A stretch of 64,000 bases of DNA from positions 6,748,448-6,812,447 of the forward strand of contig BDGG01000002.1 in NCBI GenBank assembly GCA_001949185.1. The letters run 5' to 3'. The position numbers and the translations under genes were made by a program. The notes beneath the pieces are model-generated. The model was not told the origin of the DNA and did no database searches. It saw only the letters and a program-made list of their open reading frames with translations. The stretch comes from Ramazzottius varieornatus (Eukaryota > Animalia > Tardigrada). Shown here piece after piece: positions 38,201-50,027 of the stretch. Position 1 is the stretch's first letter. Each line of letters begins with the position of its first letter.

Positions 38201-41200
38201 AACATACATCAATTCTCCTTAGCGCTGACCCAACGGAACAAACCGGACTCATCAAATGTGCAAATATGTTGTCGCCTAACATCGCTAACATAACTTTACG
38301 CATTAGTCTACAAACACCAGATGCTACCGCAGATTTAGCCCAAATGGTTCGCCCAGACAAGGTGGCGCAGGTTGGCAACCTCTCGACATCCCTAACACGT
38401 ACTCGTATATCACTCTAACTTGCGCCCAGAAGAATGTCCGAAATGTGTGCTCGAAGTACCCGAAGAACCCGCTGCCTTAATTTCAAGAAAAAAACATTAC
38501 GACTTGAGAAAGTGGTGAGGTTGAAAGTGAAAGGAGGGTTGTGTGTGAGACGAGACTAGCCTGGATGCCTACAAGGCCTCGGGGACCCAAGTACAGCAGA
38601 AGAAATGCAGCCGAGAAGCAGAAAACATCAAACAAGATCACTCCAGGCGACAACCGTCTATGCTATCCCACATCAAGAAGAAGCATGTCTTGCGTTATAA
38701 TATTATGTAATCTTCTTACAAATGCCGCCCTCACCAGTAACAGAAATTCTGCCTTTCGAAAGCTCCCGATGACACAGTACTGACAGGCGCCTCCGCTTCG
38801 AGCTTCCTGGTTCCTTGATCATCAATGCTAGGACAAACCACCGCGTTTCTCACCAGATATCAAACGCTTCAGTCGATCCGTCAAACCCACACTCCACAAA
38901 AACACGTACGAAGGTTACGTCAGGATGCGGTTAACTTTGTCACAAGAAGCAAGTTATTTTTGATGTTGTTCGAGTGAAGTGTTCATAACCATCTTGACTT
39001 CTCCGGCAGCTTTCGTAACGCGCAACAACTGCCACACAGAAAGCCTAACCTTGGACTTATTCTTCAGAAAATTCAGCACTCACTTCACGAACGATCACTG
39101 CGCTAATTATAAATCTTTCAGTGTCAGACAGCAACTTACATTCCGATGGACAGCCGACTTCCGGACAGAGAATCTTGTCAATTAATTCCACCGTGGATAA
39201 TCTCTGCGTAATTCTGACTGATAGCTTTGTTTTGAATAAAGAGTTTCCCGATGATGAACTGCAGATGGCCTGCGGTTTACTTGTTTAACAAACTGACTAA
39301 CAACGCCCAGACCGCATTACGACATGGTGCTTTATTGGATAATACGCCGAACGTGAGTTGACCAGAACAACATTCAATATCTTTCGATTAGCAATTTAGC
39401 TGATATATGGCTACCCAAGGCCGGCATCGGTGACATTACAGCCACTGTTCACCCTGATTTCCTCCTCTTAAACGGTAGCAAATCAACCCGGGATAGTCAA
39501 CAAGGAAACTCGCCAGGGACGTAATCGGAGTCCTGACTCAGTCACTAATCAGCACAAATGACCAGCGCTACGATGGGCAACTCGGACCATTCTACCGGAA
39601 CTGAATTCTGTAAATATTGCGCCTGCTTCAGCAATAAACATGCAAAGCTGCACGTACATGCTTAGCTTCCCATCATAATATATCTTCGGCCATGGATGGC
39701 TAATGGTATGTCTCGCACAAGCTTCCCTCCTAGGAGCCATTAGCCATGACACTTCACCTACAAACATTTGCCGGGTGAAAGGCAAGTTTGTTATTGAAAC
39801 ATACACCATCGAATATCGTCTCTAAGTTGCCTCCATTTGCGAATCACCGTGACTTAAGTGCCGGACAGTGGCTTCGTCACATAAACACCGATAAGCTGCC
39901 GTACCTAGATCGTGTCGCGCAAGTTGGATAAACAGTACAGCGTTACTGTATACAGTAACCCCCATCAACATCCGGGCAGGGTTTACTAGCACTTAAAGGA
40001 GCAACTCGTACTGTGAGGATGGTCTTGTTCAGTAGAATTCAAGAGTTATATTTGGCTCATATTGCCTTCCTGAAGTAAGCATACAGGTACACGTCAAAAC
40101 ATGTGCCCCGCATATCTGTTCAAACAACTTATACGCTCTCTAAACCTTCAACCTTAGGATTTCACGGAAAAAAGTCTCAAAAGGACCATTGATTCGCGAA
40201 CAGAACACTCACCTAAATTGTCCGTAATTCCACGAAACAACACCAAGGTTCAAATATCCAACCAGGAAGAAGATTCAAACAAGGGCGTTACGGAGTTTAG
40301 AATATTCAATCTACGATAAATTGGTCCTTCGATGGTTCGTGATGCCGCATTTCATTATAGAAAAAACTGCAATTCGCTGGAGAGTTGTTCAACACAAGAG
40401 GCGAGATGTCCCGGAGCTCGCTGTTATCTCAGTACGCCATGCGCATTCAGTCCCGATCCAGCAACATCGATGTCGTCAAAAGCTACTAATACACAGCATT
40501 TGCTGACACCACAAGTCACTCAACTCGGCAACTGAAACGACTACTGTGTACGGTGGAAGGAGAGAATCTATATAAATCCGCAAGCTGGGCAATTTCTTTT
40601 CTGAATAACGATCGGCAGAATTTGCACTGACAGGCTGGAAACTTACATCATCAAGCCTCCATGCAGCCTATAAGCTAAGCCTGACGCGAGCGAGAGCTTC
40701 CGCCCTACTCCTGTTTGCCGAGGACCCTCCTGTCGGCTACTGCCTATTCTCGCATGAGCACGGGGATGACTGCTCAGCTTCGCCGTGTCACGAAGGCTGA
40801 GTCAGAAAAGGAATAAGCGAGAGGAATAAACGATCTCCTGTTCCAGTCTACCGCCGGCTTACGTATGAAACTAGGGCACAAAGTTTCCTCCAGCCCTATT
40901 TTGAATAAAGAAACGTCCAACGATCTCCTTACCGTTTTCAAGACCCAAAACTCGACTATCCGGCTTTCTCATAAAAGTATTCCCAAGTCAATAAAAATCT
41001 CCCCAGCGACCAAACATTTCAGAGAAATCACAAAATATCGTCCGTAGGGAAACTCCCGATTGGGGGAGCGAGAAAAATTCAACGATGGATTAGACAAGGA
41101 AGCCTATGAGAACAGTGCAGGAATGCTACCAGGCATAGTGGTACACGCACTTTCCATTCGGTGCACGACAGTACCATGCAGGACGCTCGTTTCACACACA

Positions 41201-42378
41201 CAGCCAACCACCTGCGCTCACCTCACAGTTACCGGTACACGCATATGGTTTATCCAAACGACAAAACTATTCAAGTTTTTTTGGCAATGACTAACATGTG
41301 CGTCGATGTTTGTGATAACTCTGTCGATGCACCAGAAGCACTGTCACAGCGACAGGAAGTGAAGTAAAGTGAAGGTAGGATGGAGTGTGCTTCATCTGTC
41401 TACCTAAGCTGAACAAGCGTGAGTCTATGGCCGCATGGGTCCTGTAACTACGAGCACTGATTCAAAACCAGTTTTCCGGCTATGTACCTGTCCAACCTGC
41501 ATTACGCGACATGGTAAGGATAAACAAGTTTTCGAAGGCATGTGCATACTCTACAACGCTATATTTTAACATATAAGTGCAGTTGTTCGTGCAAACGCAA
41601 AAAACGCACCGTAAGTATGTAGAGAGACGCTTGACTCGCGACCGGAGCTTTGTACAATATTTTTTTCCATCGAGACATCTGGTGATGTTGACACAAAGAA
41701 TCATCGCGAGGATGACAAATAGTTATTATCACAGCATTTCACGCCTTTATTTACAGTCACGAAAATAATTCTGTAATTTACTCGGATTTTTGAATAAATA
41801 TTCAACTATTACGTTCGTTGCACCGATTTACAAGACGATTTACGATTTAGCAAGAACTGGCACCGTTCATAAACAACATAAGAGTACTTCGGCGCAGACG
41901 AAAGACTGGTTTGTCAACACATAAACAAGGAGCCACCATCAGACACGGCAACTAATCACGTAATCAGGTTGATATGGCTTGAAGGCTACCAGTTTTGAAG
42001 CTTGTCGATATACGATCTGCCCAATTGGACAAGGAGATCATTTCATTTTATCGGAACCTGTCAAAACTGATCGTTTCCCTCGTTAATTCTATACCGTGGT
42101 AGCGCACCACAAACTCCCCAAAAGTCGGGAACGCCTCCACGAGGAAAAAGGCGATTCAGGGACGCCCTTCGAGCAACGGGGAGAAATGGAAGTCCAGCAG
42201 GCAGGAAGCACGCCAAAAGAACCAAACTAGGCGTTGCATTGCTCGGCGAAAGCTCTCGGAGAATCCTGTCGACTGTCCGCGCGCCCTCTGCCATCACCGT
42301 GGCACTATGTTGCCTGGATTCGGGAAGCCTCAAAGCTGATCTGTCAGCTTCTCCCACCCAATTTGCGTTTGCAGCCTC

Positions 42379-42386
42379 CTATATAG
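42379..42386 (+). promoter_or_regulatory. TATA-like box upstream of the H3-like gene
   Basis: ctatatag about 25-40 nt before the two candidate ATGs (42409, 42421). Confidence 0.35.
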
Positions 42387-42408
42387 TTAACATTTTGCTG
42401 TATTCCAA

Positions 42409-42772
42409 ATGGCCGAAAAAATGCCCGAAAAAGATACAAAGGCGCCAGAGCTAGTCATCCCACCGTTCCGATTTCAGCGGCTGGTACGGGAGATCGTCTC
42501 TGAACTCGGGGACTATCGCTTCCGGTCAGACGCACTGAAAGCTTTACAGGTATGCGAGTTTAGCTGAAGCCTGAAACTGTTTTCTAGGTAACTGGATTCT
42601 TGGTCAGGTTTGACCCCGACGGGACTTGTTTCAGATCGGAGCCGAGGATTTCATGAAAGAAGTCATGCAAGAAGGAAACGTCAACTGCGAAGCTTCTGGA
42701 CGCAACACTCTTTTCCCCGAAGATATACAAGTACCTTACTGTGGCCTCGCTCTCGTAGACTTGTGGCCATAA
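42409..42772 (+). CDS. Tail-less, divergent histone H3-fold protein (92 aa; exons 42409-42549 and 42635-42772)
   Basis: [92 protein letters not shown] aligns to H3 [37 protein letters not shown]...KRVTIMPKDIQL. Phase-0 GT-AG intron; in-frame TAA at 42388-42390; AATAAA at 43012. A possible third exon 42823-42852 would give the ending DIQ|EGVQRVTEG*. Confidence 0.85.
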
Positions 42773-45700
42773 TTCATGTCAATGACTTTAAGGGTTCACC
42801 GTAACTGCTCCGTATTTTGTAGGAGGGAGTGCAGCGGGTAACAGAAGGATAGAACGGAAGTCGCATGAAAAAGATAGTCGACCGCCGAAAGTTGTGCCCA
42901 AACTGAGCAACAATTTCTTGGAAGTCGACTACCACCTAAAAAAAATCCGACGAAATAATGCCCTACTGGCGATTTCTGCATTGGAAGATGTTTCGAATCG
43001 TTTCTTTAATGAATAAATGGAACTCGAACGACGATTGCGGCATGGTTTTGGTTTCCAATGTGAGGTAGAGCAGCTGCGTGAACAGCATCAATGTATCAGG
43101 AAAGACTGGTTGTCAAGTGGGGTATCACTTGTCCACTCGAAAGCGAATTCCAGCTGGACTAAAGGACCAGGCAATTGAGATATTTTTGAATAAGTTATTG
43201 CACACTTTACACTTGTCAAGATTTATCAATATGCATCGTAGCTATTGTCGCTAAAGCCATCCCGCGCTTGAGCGATCTTCTGTGCATATCATGACCTCAT
43301 AGACTTCCTCTTCCACCGATCACAATGCAGATGCGATGCCACAATCAAGAGCTCAACACTGCCTGCATTCTTAGGACTGGCTAAGAGATTCCTCAGAAAA
43401 CAAAGTTCCAACAGAAATTGCTGGAACAACCGTTTTCTATGTGGTGAGAAATCCTGCTTGGTATCCCATAACCATTAAAAAAATCCGACACTCTCACAAA
43501 CTTAACCCAGCCTCAATGAGACGCAATCGTATTGACCTACATTTAGGGTGTCACTCTGTTGTCTGCTTGCAATAGATCAAAAACAGTAGGAAAAGGGGAA
43601 GACTAGACCATATACAAATCTTCGCATGGCGTGAAAATTGTATGGTAATCCTTGAGCAAACGATGCGATTTCCCAATCGCGGAGGAGGAGGTTGTGATAA
43701 AGAAGGACTTCAAGACACTACCGATTGTAAAATGAGAAGCCTTTGCAGTTGGTCGTACTCGGAGGAGGATGGAGCTGAGGGATAATGTACCAGCGTTAAA
43801 TCGAAATTTAAGATCGAAGCGAAGCCATTGGTGTTAATCACCACGACGGACATGGAAGGATTAGTAGAGCACTAGGTTAATATTACTCCAGACGAAACCT
43901 AACAGTACGTCCTGTATTCATCATCCCGTACGCCTGTTCGGGACTTGTCAAATCCTTTATTCATCTTCCGTTCTAACATCTTGAGGCAAGTCCTCATTTC
44001 CGGACCAACACCAAGCGGGCGCCGGCATCTGCAGAATCGAAACAGGCCTCACTAGACGGCAAGGACCACGAATCCGTTATTCCCGAAGCTCTATGATGAT
44101 GAACGCTTTTGGGATTCGCAAGCACCCACTTCCTGCTGTCAGTTGACTGCGAGCGCCATCTGTAGAGGTGTCACTGTTCATCCCTGCCAATCTGCCTTTT
44201 AGCATGCAGCCATGCGCCGCCATTTTGTTACCACGTGTATGCGAGCTCTACTATGAGCAACATGTAGTCCTCGCACCGAAGGACGCGGTCTGACATCGAA
44301 CACTACATTGAAATTATAGCCACGATACTGTTCGTCAGGACGTACGTAGATAGCACGAGTTTCGTGCCATCTGCATAAAGTAACAGGTGAACGGATGGAC
44401 CGGTTATGAAGGCCGATCAACTGCAAGGTGTTGCTGCAAGGTGCTGCTGCAAGGTCTCGGCAGTAAGTTTGCGATCGTTGATGCGAACCTATCGATCATT
44501 TCACTCACGGCATCATGCAATGTCACTTGCAAGCCTCCCAGAGGTTCGCTGGCGACCCAGTAAGATCCAACAGCTAGGCCCTCCCCGATAATTCTCTTAT
44601 TAACCATCTACCGTCAGCCTCAGGTGATAACGTACGATATCGATTCTGATCGGCATATTTTCCAGCCACAGCAATAATTCCATTGTACTTGAGATTCAGT
44701 GGAAAGAGCGATAATCAAAGAGGCACCTTTTTCGCCTTGCCTAGCGGAGTTTTTCGAGTATGATGATTCATCGTGAAGGAATGTAGTAGAACTGCTTTAG
44801 GTCGCCAGACTAGCTCGCCGCAGATGTAAGCAGTTGTGGTCCGTCAACGATAGGCTCCTCGTGTCTGTTTGTGCGCATAATCGTCTTTGAAGGTTTCTTC
44901 CTGAACTGTAAACGTCTACTGTACTTGAAAACAGTAGTGTTTTGTAAAGTGCCATCCAGTTTGTGCTAGCCTTCAGCGGAAACCTTCGAGCTACGGTGTG
45001 CGGACTGTTCCCTGCTATTACAGAAGGAGGACCAAGGATGCGACACGATAATCTGTCTATTTGAAACGGAATTTTAGATCTGAAGGATACGCCAAGCCTC
45101 GGTAAGTTCCTAGAATAACGAGCTCTTACACTTTGGAGATTCCATCAATAATGTATAGTAACTCTCGAATGCTGCCACGACCCACGTATCCCAAGTTCCT
45201 GATACAGTCCGCCTTGGTACAGCTAAAGACAAACCAGTTATAAGGACCGAACCTCGAATTCTCTCCAAGGACTGTGTTTTTCATCGTCTTGCTCTGACCA
45301 AAACTTAGTTGCACACTCAAGCGCAGAGCTGTCACTTCGGCTTCCCACAACGCCATCTGCGGTACCGCCGGCATACAACAGTTTTGCGTATACAGATACC
45401 GAGTGAGACCGCGCAGGTTCTTGGTTATTTTTATTTCTGGATTTAGATTCCCGCTCTAAGAAACGTTGGTGATATCAACGTTACCAAAACCTGCGTGACC
45501 ATCGAGATCAGGTAGCTCTTAGAACAGCAACATCACGCAGATCACCGAATCGCTACATACTCAAAATAACGTTCAAAGGAGTACACGTGTACCAGTGTTC
45601 GATATGTGTAAACGACCATAAGATACCGGAAAAAATCACGCACTAGAATACTACACACTCAAACATAATTATGGCCTAATATCGAACTCCCACCGAACCG

Positions 45701-46678
45701 TTCGAAACAGGAGTATGGAAAACTCCACACTCCCACAATTCAGCGGGAAGACAGATCGAAAGGCACGAAGGCCTGTCGAAAAAGGCATCCACCAAGAAAG
45801 ACGCGAGATCGAGATGACTTCGTGTTTGCTATCTCATCGGTGCTACTGTCTTATTGCTCAAGACAACATGAGAATCTGAGAGGAAGGTCACGTAAGTCAA
45901 CCAAAGCCCTTCGATGCCACAATTACCAAAACAATATTCTGCTCCAGTGCTCACGTACTCTAGCGGCTATGCAGCAGGATTGGCTTCAATGGGGATCGAT
46001 GATCTGCGGGCTCGGTCAAAGGTTTGCACCATTCGATTGGTAGCGCCTTCGCACACGCAGTATGCAGCATAGCACTCGACACAGCCTTCCCATGGGAATT
46101 TCAGGGAAACTTGTTCTCATCTACGGACGTCACTCAATCAGCTTCTAGTTAAAGCTATAGTTGCAATATCGATCCGCCGTAACAGAAAGCGAGGGCTGAA
46201 GTAAAGGGGCCAAACGGGAAGAAGCCTACGCCGAACCTTCCGCTCACATTGTGAGCATGCAATCACAATAGACAAGCACACGGGCAAGTGAGGGAAGACC
46301 ACACGATCGATCCAAACCAAGACGCATAACAGCCCCACACATCCAGCCACTTTCCATGTCGAGCAGGAAAGTAGCATTCGCTGTGAGAGTATTTTTCTCC
46401 TACGTCAAACTGCAACTGAGGCCTCAAATTTCTCAAGTCGTAAAACCAGGAGCAATCCAATCTATCCCCCCTTTTTGATTCATTGAACTATGAATATGGG
46501 CCTTTCGTATTTGCTTGCCTCCCGAGATGCTTGCGGTCTATCGAGCTAATTAATTTTACCTTGAAGTCTTTCGGTGTTATCATGTGGTCCGGCAAATGGG
46601 CCTTCTGGTATGGGTCCGTCCATCCGTGCTTTTGCCTGAAACTTCCGGCGGAGCCTTAACGATGTGCTTCTCTTTCAG

Positions 46679-49600
46679 GTCCAGTCAGGATCCCGGGTCT
46701 TCCCTGCAACAAAAAGGTTCGCCATCAAAAAAGGATCTAACAGCAAAGTTAACGAATGGACGGTGGACCTCTGGACAAAAAGTAGAGACGACGGTTGCGC
46801 GGGCCAGTTGGCACCCCGATGATTGTGATAGACCAAACGAGGAAGATGCTCACTTATCTGAAACCTGCTTTGTGACACCCCTACCTTCGTGTAGTCCTTC
46901 GATAGCGCTCAGCAATTACCACTTCCCGTCTTTCAACTTTGATACTGAACCGCTCGAACCCGAATCGCCTTTCTCGTCAGTGCTGAAATCGCCAAAGATA
47001 CCGGTGAGGATGACGGAGCACCGTGTACTACCAAGCACCATACATGGAATCATCAACAGCGATAGTGGTCTTCACGTACCTGATGGAAGCAATAAACCCG
47101 AATTGCAAAGGGGCGATTCAACGTCGACCACCTCTCCGCCGGTGCCGGATCATTTTCCCAGTACCAGCGGAAGTGGCGAAAGCTGGACTTTCGGTGCTTT
47201 CTGGGAAAAAACGGTGACCACTTGCATGCTGCCTTTGACCACGATGCTATCTAAGAAACAACATAGTGCCGGTAAGTCATTCCTCTTCTGTTTTGTATTT
47301 CATTCTGCTTTATGGGACGTCGGCAAATGGATTCACCCAGACCCTTCTCCGAAGTGGCGCACACTCTCAGCCAACGACACGGACAGCGTGCGCCACTTGC
47401 CACAACGACCTGGGTAAAATCGTTTGCCGAGATCAACTAGTCGTTTCTGACAGTTTCGACCGAAATATTACAGACTCTTGGGAAATTCCGTTTGAAAGAA
47501 TCCAAGACTTACAGTGGTTAGGAAGTGGAGCGCAAGGAGCTGTCTTTCTGGGAAAGTACAATGGGACTTCGGTGGCTGTCAAGAAAGTGAAGTCGTTAGC
47601 TGAGGTTCGGGAAGTGGAGCCACTGCGGAAGATAAATCACCCCAATCTAGTAGCTTTCAAGTAAGGAAAGTCAGAACAATCTAATCCTACTTACTTACGC
47701 ATGAGAAGTCGTCTTCATCAACATGTCTTTTCGTACAGAGGCATATGCACTCAACCACCGTGCTACTGTTTGATTATGGAATACTGCCAGTATGGACCAC
47801 TTTATGATCTCATTCAGGAAGACAAGAAGATTCCACCGTCACTTGTCGCCGTGTGGTCCCATCAGATTGCTTCGGGAATGACGCACCTACACGCAAATAA
47901 AATCATCCATCGTGACTTAAAGTCACCGAAGTAAGTGCCTATGGTGATAGTTTTTTAGATTGAATTCACACGTTATACATAAAGTGATCTTTTTCCGTTG
48001 TAGTGTACTTGTGTGCAATACTCACCTCGTCAAGATATCTGACTTTGGCACCATACGGCCTTGGGCAGAGGACCAGAAAAGTATGCAAATGTCTTTCGCC
48101 GGAACTGTGGCTTGGATGGCTCCTGAAGTCATTCGCAACGAACCATGCACGGAGAAGATCGATGTCTGGGCCTTTGGCGTCATCCTGTGGGGTAAGGGAT
48201 AATGGATTAAAAATAACACAAGGCTAATGACAGTGTGATTCATCGCAAGCCATTCGTATATTCGATCAGCCGTGTTTTGTTACAAGCTGTTACTCTTCGC
48301 CCTACTTAACCTTGAAGAAAATATAAGACATTCCTACGCTAATATTAAAAAGCCCGGAAGCCAGAGAAAATGTAAACTAGGATCAAAGCAATTCATAAAA
48401 AAATTTGATTTCAGAGCTTTTGGTCGGACTTCATCCTTACCCGGGTTTGGATTCGACTTCGATCATCTGGGGAGTTGGCAGTGAGAAACTTTTGGGGCTT
48501 CCGGTGCCAGTTAGCATCCCCGACGGCTTCAAGCTGCTGCTAACCCAGTGCTGGTCCGGCAAGCCGCGGAACCGTCCGTCCTTCATCCACATCCTTTCTC
48601 ACCTGCAAATAGCCGCAAGTGAAATTACAACAATGTCCGACCTTCAATTCTACACCCATCAGGCAGAATGGAAAGAGCATACACACAGCGAGATCAAGAA
48701 TTTCCGCATTAAGAATGGCCAAAGCACCACGTTCAACAAGGAGAAAGTCCACCAAAAGCGACTACGCAAGAAGGAACTAATGTTAGCCGATGGCTTCAGC
48801 GACGAATTGTATCTGCTACAAAAGAGGAGGAAAGAGGAACTGAAACATGCCGAAGAAGTCCGCATCCATTACGAAAAGAAGCTCGAGCGAGTCAACAAAC
48901 TATACCTCGAACTGACGACTTGCACTCTTCAGTTAGAAGAACGGGAGAAAGAACTTCGCCGGAGGGAGAAACTCGTAGAAAAGGCTCTTGGGAAATCTCA
49001 GGCGGAGAAGAAGTCTAGAAGGCGAATTTTGGACTCAGTCAAGAAAGCTGGTCTGGAATTGCTCAAGCCCCATTCTTCCGTCCCCATCGAACATCGATAT
49101 GTTCATCCAGAGGTGCAACGTCAGAAGTCAGCGACCCTTCCTATGGACTACGCCATCTGGACCGCGGAGAACTCAGAGGGTGCCGTGACGGAAGACCACA
49201 TGGACGACGAGGATAAATTCGGCGAAGATGTTCTCGACAACCCTATCAAGGGGACTGAGTCTGGAAAGTACCGCCATCCTTTGATGTCCATGCGTTCACG
49301 GTCGGCAGAGTCAATCGATCCTGTTGGCTCGCTCCGGTCGGTCTCTCAGCCAAAGCTATCACCGGATCTCTTTCGAGGCCTTCCTAAACGCACACCTTCG
49401 GATTCGTTAGGCTACATCTTCCGTAGCTCAGTGAGAAAGGACTTCTCTTGTCAGTGCAGCATACCTACCGAAGATCATCACGCGGACTTGGCAAAGACAT
49501 CTGACCAAGCCACGGATGTTATTGAAGAAACTTCGCGGCATTATAAGGAACTGCCGGAAGTGCCTAGCACGTCAGCTGCGCAAGAAGCCATCTCGAACAC

Positions 49601-50027
49601 TAGTCAAGTAGCGAGGTCCAGCTCAAGGGCTCGTCTGTCATCCGAAGGGACCTTCTCTGAAGGGCTGTCGGATGTCGCGACAGACGACAGCGAATCGGAA
49701 CGAGAAGAGGATCAAGAGTCTCTCGATCCCGAACGCACTACTCATCCTAGGTCAGTATTCCAGTCCGACGAGTCCTTACAAGGCAACCTCAATCCGTCGC
49801 AGCAGATGTACCGGGATATCATAGTGAGGAGGTCCAAAGAACTGGAAAGAAAGACTGAGGAAAAGCCCGTGGAAGAAAGACATGGCTCTCTTCCTGATCT
49901 TCAGGATGCTGCCTTAGATCCACCGGATCAAGACCTCCGCCGAGCAAGTACCTCACAAGCCTCAAACAACGATCTCCAACGAACCCTCAGTTACATGTAT
50001 AGCAAAATGCCCGAAAGTAACGTGTAA
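46679..50027 (+). CDS. wnd: Dual leucine zipper kinase (MAP3K12/13, DLK-1/wallenda), multi-exon; start codon uncertain
   Basis: [82 protein letters not shown], leucine zippers [30 protein letters not shown]. Confidence 0.95.
47350..47400. repeat. Palindromic N25 element core, copy 9 (DLK intron 47272-47472)
   Basis: cgaagtggcgcac-N25-gtgcgccacttgc, outer arms cggcaaatggattcacccag / ctgggtaaaatcgtttgccg. Confidence 0.85.

Noticed and set aside
39942-39959. Perfect 18-bp palindrome gttactgtatacagtaac
   Set aside because: One palindrome of this length is not surprising in 64 kb, and it has no supporting context
42409-42772. Calling the H3-like gene CENP-A/CenH3
   Set aside because: Loop 1 is shorter rather than longer, Q68 and F84 are retained, and there is no N-terminal tail; phylogeny is needed
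7257-47400. CRISPR-, attC- or RSS-like reading of the N25 element
   Set aside because: Copies are dispersed rather than arrayed, the loops are homologous once oriented, and no recombinase or cas gene is present
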